36,587 nucleotides of DNA from a virus. Taxonomy: Duplodnaviria > Caudoviricetes. The stretch is from IMG/VR virus record IMGVR_UViG_3300017969_000045, positions 1-36,587 of that record; one strand, given 5' to 3'. Below are positions 26,820 through 35,851 of the stretch, piece by piece (the stretch's first letter is position 1; the number at the start of each line of letters is the position of its first letter). The notes beneath the pieces are model-generated. The model was not told the DNA's origin. It did not search any database and saw only the letters and a program-made list of their open reading frames with translations. The position numbers were made by a program, and so were the translations under genes.

Positions 26820-29800
26820 TTACGAACTTTGTATACCGGTATTACTCCGTGAAGTACTTCTAACAATTGTATCAACAGACGATAATCTTGATGCTGTTAT
26901 AGCATCTATAATTTCTATATCATCTACAGTTGCTCCATTTATAAAAATTTCATCAACTTCACTCCTAACTTCATAAAAACTTCCAAAGCCTTTTGAATTG
27001 TCAATTGGAACAATTACAAAGGCAACGATATCAGGAGCCATCTGTTTCATTACATAAGCAGATAATTCTGAAAAATAAAAGACATCTCCAAAATCCCAAT
27101 TGTCTAATGCAAAATAAGTTTCTATATGTTGAATTATTCTTGACTTTACATCATTATTATTAAGTGAGAGATCTGAGTTTTTAACAATTTTAAACCTTGC
27201 TTGCAGCTCAGGCTTTGCCTTTACTCCAAATAATATTTGATATTTTGCACTGTGAAATATTACTTCATCGGACAAAGATTTAATTTCATCAATAGCATTT
27301 CCATACTGTCTAGCTAAATAATCGCTAGAAGGCGGCAAAGGTTCAATGTCACGTATACCTCGTATCCACTCTCTAAATATCTTGTCATAATTTTCTGTTA
27401 ACACGTATGTATCTATCAAATTACTGACGCTTGGATCTATTCTAACTGAACTATCAGCTGCATGCTCATAATGGAACTTTAACCCACTCCTGCCAACAAA
27501 TGCCTTATATTCAGTGGTTATTTTTTTTGTAAATGTTGTCCTATCAAAAATTTCAAAATTATCTGTTTCTATATAATAAAAAATTTGTCCATCATTGTAT
27601 AAGCTTAAAGGTCCTAATGAATCTTTATTTTGAAATATCAAAAATTTTGATGAAGATGTAAAAACATACTCTACAACACCATTATCTGTTGTAATTTTTT
27701 CTTGGAATATTATTTTATCCGCTAAATTATAATCTGGCTGAACAATTTGTTCAAAAATATCAAAATCATCTTCTACTCCATCATCATCTGCATCAAAGAA
27801 AGTAACTTCAATTTTTTTACTGTTTACGTATCCTGAATCGTCTCTATAACTATCAACTATATGCCATGTATAATCTGTGGTAAAATTTGACAACCCTTGC
27901 TCAACATCAGTTGTAGGTTTTGTATTAATACTAAGGACTTTGATTTTATCTTTTACAATAATACCTGTTGTATTATCATAAACTTTGTCTCCTTCGTCAA
28001 AATAAAACTTTAGTTCTTTATCACTTTCAAATAGATATCTTGAAGATCTATAATCAACATAGTAAACATCTCCGTCAGTTGTAAATTTAATTAACCAACT
28101 GGAATCTAATTGCTGTCCTGTTTTATCTCCTGTTTTTCCAACACTAAACTCTCCTAATGCATCTAAGTCACTATCTACAATAATTTGCCAAATATTCAAT
28201 GTTTGATCAAATCTTAAACCAAAAGACCTATAAGCAAATATTTGTTGTAATACTTCTTGCTTCACATCTCTAGTTAAAAATTTTGCTAAAATAGGTTTGA
28301 TTTCGTTTAATTTAGCTCCAGTAGGTATTATATCATTTATTGCTATGGCACCAGTGCCATCATCACCTAACTCTGTGCCTGTTCCTTGAACACTGTTTAT
28401 TTTTACCCATTTATATGTATATGATCCTGCATAATTTGCAGCTCCAGATGCTAATTTTCCATCAGGTGTAAAATGCTTACCAACAGGAGCAACAAACTTT
28501 AATGCTGTTCCAGATTTAATTAATTTTAAAATAGAATTAGTAGAATTTCCTAAATATAAATTTATATTTGTTTGATTGACTAAAAATCCAGTATTCAAAT
28601 TCGTTTCTTGCGTAACACTTGACCAAGAAATTTCCAAATCATCTACTATAATTTTTAAAAAATTTATTGTATAAAAGTTTTTAACATATGTGCTTGATAG
28701 AATAGGTTCTATTAAATTATAAATAATTCCTTCTATATCTGTAGTGCTATTAAATGTAAAAGAAATACGTTTAATAAAATTTTCACGGAAAATGATTCCA
28801 TCATTTCCGAACAGATTTGTTTTACTATATTTTCCAGTAGCATCAATTAAATCAAAATATCTGCTTATACCACTTGCAAATCTACTTACACTTTTTGCCT
28901 TAATAATTTGTTGCGATACAACTAAAGGCCCAATTTGATAATCTTCTCCATTAACTAACCTATTTTGCAAATAGTATGACGCAGGGGCATTTTGCTTAAT
29001 GCTAGTATTTGTTTCGCTAGTAGAAGCATTATCTACTATACTGTCTAAAGTAAAAGTAAGTGTAATTGTTTCTAAGGTATTATTAATACTGATATAAGGA
29101 AATTCTAAACTTAGTCCTACAAAATCAACAGGATTAATTGTATATGAAACATTTTTACTTGTACGATAAAATAATTTAAAATTATTTTTTGGCAGATTTC
29201 CAAACACTCCGTCAGCAAATATTAAACTAATTCTGTCATCGATACGAGTAAAAACACTGTATATATTTCTATCATTTTTGTTTAAACTATTATATATAAC
29301 ATTATTTCCACTTATACTAGAAACCTTTGACCATAAATTATTTAAATTTCCGTCACTATCTAAATCATATAACCAAACATCTGTATCATTTATATTAACT
29401 GCATCTATTGATACTACTTGATTCGGTATTGGATTAGATATACTAAAATCAGCTTCTTGAAATGTTCCTTGTTTAAACATTACAAAAAAACCAGTATTAC
29501 TACTAGACGCTCCGCTGCCGTCATCTCTATATAGAAAGGAAAATGCTGATCTATTATGTGGAACAGCTTCTATCACATTTGAATCAAAATCTGCTGCTAC
29601 AACCTCAAAAGTTGTCTGTATTCCGTTTACAGTTCGTCTAAAACTATAAACAGGAACATTATTAGATATATAATTTATTTGATACTTGTCTGTTTTAATA
29701 TTATCTAAAATATCTGATTTTACGGGTTTACCGATACTTTCATTAGTAGCTAAACTCCTTCCAATTACTTTTAAAAATTGCTCTTTCCAATTTGTATTAC

Positions 29801-30242
29801 TAGGGTCATTCCACAGAACTGTTTGATTTTGCAAATTTATATTATTTGAATCGACAAAAGATTCGGTTGTTTTTACACTTGATATTTTTAACAATCCACT
29901 AGCAGGAACATTACGTTTTGGAACATAACTTAACATTCTAGCAAGTCGTAATACACTTTCTCTTCTCTCTGCTAACTCAATAAAATTTTCTCTTGCATTT
30001 AGGTCAATTCTAAATGCTAAATTTTGCCCCAAAAATGCAATTAAATCAAGTAAAGCAAGGTACTCTGAACTTTCAATATAATCATTAAAATCTTCTGGAT
30101 TGTTTTGTCTAATATATGCAATTAACACTCTACGTAATGTATCAAAATCATAATGCTTAAAATCTGCATTCCTAAAGGTTTGATATATTCTTTTCCAATC
30201 TTCAGCTACTAATAATCTATTTTGCCTATCAGTCGACGCCAT
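26820..30242 (-). CDS. Baseplate wedge subunit, T4 gp6-like / baseplate J family (1,140 aa)
   Basis: DFDTLRRVL...DFNDYIESS...LLDLIAF...ENFIELAERRESVLRLARMLSYVPKR and ETNTSIKQNAPASYYLQNRLVNGEDY are characteristic gp6 motifs. Follows gp25. Confidence 0.85.
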   Translation of the reverse strand: MASTDRQNRLLVAEDWKRIYQTFRNADFKHYDFDTLRRVLIAYIRQNNPEDFNDYIESSEYLALLDLIAFLGQNLAFRIDLNARENFIELAERRESVLRLARMLSYVPKRNVPASGLLKISSVKTTESFVDSNNINLQNQTVLWNDPSNTNWKEQFLKVIGRSLATNESIGKPVKSDILDNIKTDKYQINYISNNVPVYSFRRTVNGIQTTFEVVAADFDSNVIEAVPHNRSAFSFLYRDDGSGASSSNTGFFVMFKQGTFQEADFSISNPIPNQVVSIDAVNINDTDVWLYDLDSDGNLNNLWSKVSSISGNNVIYNSLNKNDRNIYSVFTRIDDRISLIFADGVFGNLPKNNFKLFYRTSKNVSYTINPVDFVGLSLEFPYISINNTLETITLTFTLDSIVDNASTSETNTSIKQNAPASYYLQNRLVNGEDYQIGPLVVSQQIIKAKSVSRFASGISRYFDLIDATGKYSKTNLFGNDGIIFRENFIKRISFTFNSTTDIEGIIYNLIEPILSSTYVKNFYTINFLKIIVDDLEISWSSVTQETNLNTGFLVNQTNINLYLGNSTNSILKLIKSGTALKFVAPVGKHFTPDGKLASGAANYAGSYTYKWVKINSVQGTGTELGDDGTGAIAINDIIPTGAKLNEIKPILAKFLTRDVKQEVLQQIFAYRSFGLRFDQTLNIWQIIVDSDLDALGEFSVGKTGDKTGQQLDSSWLIKFTTDGDVYYVDYRSSRYLFESDKELKFYFDEGDKVYDNTTGIIVKDKIKVLSINTKPTTDVEQGLSNFTTDYTWHIVDSYRDDSGYVNSKKIEVTFFDADDDGVEDDFDIFEQIVQPDYNLADKIIFQEKITTDNGVVEYVFTSSSKFLIFQNKDSLGPLSLYNDGQIFYYIETDNFEIFDRTTFTKKITTEYKAFVGRSGLKFHYEHAADSSVRIDPSVSNLIDTYVLTENYDKIFREWIRGIRDIEPLPPSSDYLARQYGNAIDEIKSLSDEVIFHSAKYQILFGVKAKPELQARFKIVKNSDLSLNNNDVKSRIIQHIETYFALDNWDFGDVFYFSELSAYVMKQMAPDIVAFVIVPIDNSKGFGSFYEVRSEVDEIFINGATVDDIEIIDAITASRLSSVDTIVRSTSRSNTGIQSS

Positions 30243-30259
30243 CTTAATTCCTTTTATAA

Positions 30260-30267
30260 TATTTATC
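30260..30267 (-). promoter_or_regulatory. T4-like late promoter (GATAAATA)
   Basis: Intergenic, 17 nt before the ATG at 30242, followed by an AAGGA SD. Confidence 0.7.
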
Positions 30268-30293
30268 TGTAAAAAAAGTTCAATTTTTATCAG

Positions 30294-30740
30294 TTAAGAT
30301 ATAAACCCTACTTCTTTATCAAATTTTAAACGCATATTTTCTGATATATTATATGGCAAATACGTTAACTCCATCTCTACTTGTATGCCCGATTCATATG
30401 TATCGACAATTACCCTATTAGTAGTTACTCTAGGTTCATATGCAACAATATTTTTTACATTATCAACTATCAAATCTTTTAAACTAGGTGTAAAAGGTTC
30501 AAATAAAACATCCCATAATATTGTTCCAAAAGTAGGATCCGACAATTTTTCTCCTTGCCTAATATGAAAATGGTTTAGTATATCTTGCTTTATCAATTCT
30601 AAATCAAACAGCACTTTATTTTTTCTAGATTTATTTACAGTGCTTATTCCCCTATATGTTCTTGATGTAGAATTGTAATATACATTTGGAGTTTTTCCTT
30701 TTACTACTATTTGTTCATATAAATTACTCTCAACACTCAT
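30294..30740 (-). CDS. Baseplate wedge protein, T4 gp25 / GPW family
   Basis: DLELIKQDILNHFHIRQGEKLSDPTFGTILWDVLFEP...IVAYEPRV matches the gp25 pattern. TAATG coupling with the upstream gene. Confidence 0.9.
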   Translation of the reverse strand: MSVESNLYEQIVVKGKTPNVYYNSTSRTYRGISTVNKSRKNKVLFDLELIKQDILNHFHIRQGEKLSDPTFGTILWDVLFEPFTPSLKDLIVDNVKNIVAYEPRVTTNRVIVDTYESGIQVEMELTYLPYNISENMRLKFDKEVGFIS

Positions 30741-32353
30741 TACTTTCCTTTCCTAAATGTATCATAAATTTTTATAGTATCTAATTCTATTTCTTTCTGT
30801 AATTGTCCTTTATTATCTACACTATTTGTTTTTTCTAAAGTAAATTCAGTCGGATCTAAGTTTTCGTGACTTTTATAGGGTTCATGTGTTGGAATCCTAA
30901 TAGGCACATACGCTTCTGTTGCTCCTTCTGCGTCTTTAGGATCTGTAGCAACTGCAGCAGGAGGTCCATTCATATGTATTGCCCCTGCTGTCTCCAAATG
31001 ACTAGCACTTTTAATATTACTATTTCCAACACAAGTAATTTTACCATCTGCACCACAATTAACCTGCCAATTCCCAGTAGACTTAAAAGACAAATTACCT
31101 TTGACTTCCTCATTTGTACCTGCAATGAGATTATAATCTTCTCCAATGCTATTATTACACTCTTTACCAACTTTGATATTAGAGTTTTCAATTGTTTCAA
31201 AAAAAGAATTTTTTCCAACTTTTAAATTACAATTTTCTAAACTTTCAATATGTATATCTTTATCTGCTTTAAAATTCATATTTCCTTTTGCATGGAAATT
31301 AAAATCTCTATCAGCAGTAAAATTAAAATCACCATTTGTTGCAATACTTACACTATCTGTAGCAAATATATCAATCTTTCCATTACTTGTTAATTCTATC
31401 CATACATTACCTTTTGCATTAGATATATAAATTAAATCTTCTGTATTATGCAATAAAATTTGATGACCTGTTCTAGTTTTCAATCTTACTAATTCGTTAT
31501 GCAATAAATCAGGCTTACCGCCTGTTTCATCTTTATCAAGATTTGCATATTCAGGTGGTCCTTCATTTGCTGGAGTTTTCCGCAATAAACTTGGATCTCC
31601 ATCATCCATCACAAAGCTCGATCCACCAAGTCTAGAAGCTGGTATTATACCTTTACCAAATTTGTCTGTTTGATTATATTTTGGTTTATCCTGTCTTGTA
31701 TCAAAAGGCCCTGGAGAACTTATACCAAAAACCATACTCGGTAATTCTCGTCTAGCACTTGAAGTTGTTGTTCCTCTTGTATGGTCCAACAACAATCCTT
31801 GTTTTTTTAAAATTTCTAACTGGTCGGTACTTACTGGTTTATCAAATTGTGTAGGATCTTTGCCGCCTTTTCTTTCAGTAATGCTTTTATTATATTCTCC
31901 AACTGGTCTAACTTCGCTACTGGTTTCATTGTTATAGGTTGTTGCAGCATACCCCGGAATCATAAAATTCATATACGAATCTGGAATACAACCTAACCAA
32001 TACCCGAAACCAAAATTATTTTCTGCAACCATTACTAATACTTTTACACCTATATCAGGTGGTATTGCCCAAAAACCATAACTTTTTTGTGTGTAATCAT
32101 ATGTATCTGTAGGAGAAACTGCACCTCTAGGAGTTACACCTAAAAATGGACTGACATATTGACACGGTAAAACAAAACCACTATCTTCTGTAATCGCAGA
32201 GTTAGTTGTAAATTTTAAAATTTCTACTTCAATTGAACCCATATAAAGTGGATCTAAATGATTTGTTATCCGTCCAATATATGGCCCAGTACTTGTCATC
32301 CAACTAGGTCTACTAACCCTTGATTTACCTGAATAATTATTGTTTGTAAACAT
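30740..32353 (-). CDS. Baseplate central spike, gp5/VgrG-like (OB fold plus beta-helix), with no lysozyme domain
   Basis: IGRITNHLDPLYMGSIEVEI and WAIPPDIGVKVLV...YWLGC form the OB fold. RLKTRTGHQILL and ~8-residue beta-helix repeats (ATNGDFNFTADRDFNFHAKGNMNFKADKDIHI) follow. Confidence 0.85.
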   Translation of the reverse strand: MFTNNNYSGKSRVSRPSWMTSTGPYIGRITNHLDPLYMGSIEVEILKFTTNSAITEDSGFVLPCQYVSPFLGVTPRGAVSPTDTYDYTQKSYGFWAIPPDIGVKVLVMVAENNFGFGYWLGCIPDSYMNFMIPGYAATTYNNETSSEVRPVGEYNKSITERKGGKDPTQFDKPVSTDQLEILKKQGLLLDHTRGTTTSSARRELPSMVFGISSPGPFDTRQDKPKYNQTDKFGKGIIPASRLGGSSFVMDDGDPSLLRKTPANEGPPEYANLDKDETGGKPDLLHNELVRLKTRTGHQILLHNTEDLIYISNAKGNVWIELTSNGKIDIFATDSVSIATNGDFNFTADRDFNFHAKGNMNFKADKDIHIESLENCNLKVGKNSFFETIENSNIKVGKECNNSIGEDYNLIAGTNEEVKGNLSFKSTGNWQVNCGADGKITCVGNSNIKSASHLETAGAIHMNGPPAAVATDPKDAEGATEAYVPIRIPTHEPYKSHENLDPTEFTLEKTNSVDNKGQLQKEIELDTIKIYDTFRKGK

Positions 32354-32385
32354 ATTTTTCTCTATAGAAAATTCTTAATCTATAT

Positions 32386-34710
32386 CTATACTCCAGCAAG
32401 ATCTTGTACTGGTCCTTCTGATTCAGATGTTTCTGTTACGTTAACCACAAACGCTTTTTCTGCAGATGCTGGTGTTGTAATATCGTTTGCTAGATCATCT
32501 GGTTGATTATTCCTGCGAGTAAGACTTAATTCTTGTGTAAATTTACCACCATCAAAAGTAGAAATACAAGTATCTACTTTATATAATCCGCTAAACATTC
32601 CTAATGGTTTTATTTTCTTTGACGGATTTACTCTTACAAAACCTTCATTTTCGATATCAAAAGGAGAATTGAAATTCAACAAAATACCAACTTCGGCATA
32701 TTCATAATTTATAGTACCATCAGCGTTAATATTAAAATTTTGGCCTGCACCTGCATGGTAATTTCCAAATCCACTATCTCCTAAATAATACGGATCTCCC
32801 CATATTGTAAGTCTCAAAGTTGTTAATGCACTTAATGCATTTAACAATGAATCATTCATATCTCGTGCAAAAGAAATAGATGGAGTGCTTATAGAACCTC
32901 CTCCCTTATTTCCTGTAGAATTTGTAGTTGAACCATTAATTTGCACAGCTCCTGCAAGAGATGATGCTTGGGAATCAGGATCGGAAAGCGTTTGCATTTT
33001 AAAACGATCATCTTGAGATTGATATAAAGTTTCTGCATTTATATCTCTACTTCCTGCTTTACCTGTTCCTGAATCGTTACTTAACGATGTATAATACCCT
33101 GTATCAAATTTTAATTCTAGATCTATTATATCATCATTATATCCAGTATACATATAATTATACTCTTTAACTGCATTTTTTCTTTGTAATTTATATCCTA
33201 TACCTGCAGCTTTTGACCTTGCAAAACGCGAGTGATGTACCTTATAAGGAACAACTTTATAGACAAAAACTTTAGATAATTGCCCAGTTAACTCAATATG
33301 ATATGGACTAAAGGGCAACACGTAAACATCTACTTGTATTTTAAAAAAATTAATAAAACCATTCTCATCAGGCGCTTGTGACTGAATTTTTTTTCCATAT
33401 TCACTTGATAGAATAATTTCTTCAATAATATCTTGAATACGAGATCCTGCTGCCCAAGTTTTTGTTCTTACGTTATCACTAGATGATATATAATTCCTAC
33501 GTACAAAAGATTGATTCGGATCTGCAACAAAAGCTTGTACTGCAAACGGTTGAGGTCCAGGATTCAAATAATTATCATTTATTACTAAATCGCCTATAAA
33601 ATTCGTGTTAGCTGGGTCACTCGCATATTCCCGTATTTTTTCTCCATATGCTGTTCTTTTTACTTCTATCCCTTTGATTTTCAATAATTCATCACTTAAA
33701 TTACCAGGCAACGGTGTTGATACATCACCTCGCAATGAACTAAAATATTCTAATTCTTGAGTTGAAATGTCTCTTGATCCTCCTGAACTAAACTGATTTG
33801 CTCCTACTGGCTTGTCTGATGGAGTGCTAGCTAAAAGTTTTTGATCTTTGCTTGCTGTTTCTTTTGGAAAAATTATAACATATTCATTATGTTGTTTTTT
33901 TCCAATCTTTTTTGCATTAGAAATTATTGCAGAATTCATTAAAGATGTTAAACTTTGAGCACCTGTTTCTAGCATTTCTTTCACTGTCCTACCTGACAAC
34001 GTCATGTCTGCAGGTATAGCTTGATTTGATTCGGTCCATGCTTGCTGCTCCCAAGGAGTTGCTTTAACATCATACACAGATCCTTTTTCAGAAACATTAA
34101 ATATAACATCAGATAATTTCAATGGATACATTCTTCTTGCTGATTCTTTACCTACTCTTGAAGATAAAATAATTCCTCTATCATCATAACCTACAAAATC
34201 AATCATTAATATAAACGGAGCTTCTTGATAAGTAGGATAACCTGCTAGTATTGCTTGTTCTTGTAATTTTAGAAACAATGTCCCCATACTATACGGTTCT
34301 AAAATTTGAAAACTAAAATCACAGGCATCTGTTTGCCTATACTTAAATGAAGGTGCTATAACATGATTTATAACAACGTTTTCTATAAAAAATCTATCTC
34401 CACCTGAAACTGTACCTGACCAGGATTCAGAAACTGGTATTCCGCCGCCAGACTTTAAAATAATATGTGATGGTCCAATCTTTTTATATGTGCTATCAGG
34501 AAAATTAATTTCATCAACTGTTAATATAGCCAAAGTAAAATTATAATTATAAGATGCAAACACAGACAAATCATTTTCTAAAGGCAACTCGTCAGATCGA
34601 CTTATTTCTCCTATCTTCCAAGGGTCTGTTTGTTTTGTAGTTTCAGTTGCTGAAGTAGCTTTTCCGTCTTGTGACCCTACATCAAGAAAATCTGTTGTTA
34701 CATCTGGCAT
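32386..34710 (-). CDS. Probable baseplate hub protein (gp27/GPD-like), 774 aa
   Basis: Position between the gp53-like and gp5 genes. C-terminal LRLTIWGDPYY...FSGLYKVDTCISTFDGGKFTQELSLTR is typical of hub proteins. Confidence 0.65.
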   Translation of the reverse strand: MPDVTTDFLDVGSQDGKATSATETTKQTDPWKIGEISRSDELPLENDLSVFASYNYNFTLAILTVDEINFPDSTYKKIGPSHIILKSGGGIPVSESWSGTVSGGDRFFIENVVINHVIAPSFKYRQTDACDFSFQILEPYSMGTLFLKLQEQAILAGYPTYQEAPFILMIDFVGYDDRGIILSSRVGKESARRMYPLKLSDVIFNVSEKGSVYDVKATPWEQQAWTESNQAIPADMTLSGRTVKEMLETGAQSLTSLMNSAIISNAKKIGKKQHNEYVIIFPKETASKDQKLLASTPSDKPVGANQFSSGGSRDISTQELEYFSSLRGDVSTPLPGNLSDELLKIKGIEVKRTAYGEKIREYASDPANTNFIGDLVINDNYLNPGPQPFAVQAFVADPNQSFVRRNYISSSDNVRTKTWAAGSRIQDIIEEIILSSEYGKKIQSQAPDENGFINFFKIQVDVYVLPFSPYHIELTGQLSKVFVYKVVPYKVHHSRFARSKAAGIGYKLQRKNAVKEYNYMYTGYNDDIIDLELKFDTGYYTSLSNDSGTGKAGSRDINAETLYQSQDDRFKMQTLSDPDSQASSLAGAVQINGSTTNSTGNKGGGSISTPSISFARDMNDSLLNALSALTTLRLTIWGDPYYLGDSGFGNYHAGAGQNFNINADGTINYEYAEVGILLNFNSPFDIENEGFVRVNPSKKIKPLGMFSGLYKVDTCISTFDGGKFTQELSLTRRNNQPDDLANDITTPASAEKAFVVNVTETSESEGPVQDLAGV

Positions 34711-34711
34711 T

Positions 34712-35014
34712 TTATAATCCTAATTTTTGACGAAGTTGAGCTGCGTTAGGTATATAAATTTCTACTCCTGGTACAAAATCATAAATTGGATCTTGTATGA
34801 CATCCATGTTTCTTTGAGCAAAAACCCACCATAATTTAAAATCTTGATACAAATCATATGCCATTAAATCAGGCCTATGCGTATACTGTGAAGGAATAGC
34901 AATTTTTCTATCATCTAATGAGGCTGGTATTGGTCGTATTTCTAAAATATCTAAATATCTATTATTTACAAGCGAAGTAGCAAACCATGGACTAGTTGAA
35001 TTATAAATACTCAT
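34712..35014 (-). CDS. Baseplate wedge protein, gp53/LysM-like (100 aa)
   Basis: YTHRPDLMAYDLYQDFKLWWVFAQRN...GVEIYIP matches the gp53/gpX LysM pattern. Confidence 0.85.
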   Translation of the reverse strand: MSIYNSTSPWFATSLVNNRYLDILEIRPIPASLDDRKIAIPSQYTHRPDLMAYDLYQDFKLWWVFAQRNMDVIQDPIYDFVPGVEIYIPNAAQLRQKLGL

Positions 35015-35781
35015 TATATAAATCCTTTATCAGTATTTAAATAACTACCATTAGCAAATTTTTCTAATGAAAATGTGCTTACTTTTCTTCTACTATATGC
35101 AGTATGAACGTTTACAGCGATATTTGATCGAGTAGGAACCCATGTTTTTACTTCAGTATCTCCTTTTTCTTGCCTTACCATAATATAATCTACATCATTA
35201 GGTAATTCTATATTAAATGATTGAACTACTACTGGTACATCTTTAAATATATGCGGCCCATAACCATTCAACTTTACAACAGGAGGAGGAGCACCATTAA
35301 AATCATCATCTCCGTATCCCATTTTTGTAACTGAACGTAGATAATGCAGTGCTGCAGTCCAATACCTACCTTCCATTTCATTCTCAATTAAAAAATCTCC
35401 AGCTATAGTAAAAGCTTCTACAGATGAGTTTTGATAGGTCAGAAAAGGATAATTACTATGAGTAGGTTTTATTGTGTCATATGTTGCTGTATGTTGCATC
35501 ATTATTGTAGGTGTATAAGGAAAAATAAAACCGCTAGTTTTAAAAAGCGGTTCTAAACTTTCGTATTCTCTTCCTTCAATTGTGCCAGCTCCTTTCCCCC
35601 ATGCAGGCGGTATGCTTAATCGCACTCTCCAATCATTTTTATCCTCTGTATTAGAAGAGGACGAAATATCATCTATTGGAGTTTTTTCTGTATCACTAGG
35701 GTCGGATAGCCAGCTACCTACGTTTGTTCTTAGCCAAGTACCAAAACCACTAGAATTTAATAGTTCTTGAGGATTTGCCAT
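35014..35781 (-). CDS. Probable baseplate tail-tube initiator (gp48/gp54-like tube fold), 255 aa
   Basis: FPYTPTI...FTIAGDF...GAPPPVVKLNGYG...VPVVVQSFNIELP resembles tube-initiator proteins. First gene of the operon, with AAGGAG SD and TAATG coupling to the gp53-like gene. Confidence 0.6.
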   Translation of the reverse strand: MANPQELLNSSGFGTWLRTNVGSWLSDPSDTEKTPIDDISSSSNTEDKNDWRVRLSIPPAWGKGAGTIEGREYESLEPLFKTSGFIFPYTPTIMMQHTATYDTIKPTHSNYPFLTYQNSSVEAFTIAGDFLIENEMEGRYWTAALHYLRSVTKMGYGDDDFNGAPPPVVKLNGYGPHIFKDVPVVVQSFNIELPNDVDYIMVRQEKGDTEVKTWVPTRSNIAVNVHTAYSRRKVSTFSLEKFANGSYLNTDKGFI

Positions 35782-35797
35782 AATATCTCCTTTAAAC

Positions 35798-35805
35798 TAT
35801 TTATT
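35798..35805 (-). promoter_or_regulatory. T4-like late promoter (AATAAATA) for the baseplate operon
   Basis: 16 nt before the ATG at 35781. Same ATAAATA core and spacing as the two other sites. Confidence 0.65.
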
Positions 35806-35832
35806 GACTTTTTATGGCTAAGAATTTATAAT
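35804..35832 (+). promoter_or_regulatory. Sigma70-type promoter for the late sigma factor gene
   Basis: TTGACT (35804-35809), 17-nt spacer, TATAAT (35827-35832), then GAGGT SD (35841-35845) and ATG at 35852. Confidence 0.8.
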
Positions 35833-35851
35833 AATGTAAAGAGGTATTTTA

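Noticed and set aside
30268-30293. Possible terminator between gp25 and gp6-like genes
   Set aside because: Only A/T runs with no GC-rich stem. The gap is better explained by the late promoter.
2114-31218. Short same-strand out-of-frame ORFs (2114..2302, 4600..4785, 30970..31218)
   Set aside because: Fully nested in longer genes with clear family motifs, and no evidence of independent translation.
32354-32388. Three in-frame TAGs after the hub gene and a weak TTTTCT/AGAAAA inverted repeat before gp5
   Set aside because: Read-through would not join the gp5 frame, and the stem is short and AT-only apart from one pair. Both are expected by chance.
4098-35770. Short plus-strand ORFs in the track (4098, 4845, 7054, 8649, 10068, 14180, 15864, 16287, 20126, 28744, 30385, 30866, 31146, 35582)
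   Set aside because: All lie antisense to well-supported genes and have no recognisable motifs. They are best explained as shadow ORFs from codon bias.
9752-35781. Bacterial extracellular contractile injection system, tailocin or T6SS locus
   Set aside because: The gp55-like sigma, T4-type late promoters, multiple fibres and phage-style gene packing point to a lytic phage genome. No AAA+ ATPase or effector genes are in view.
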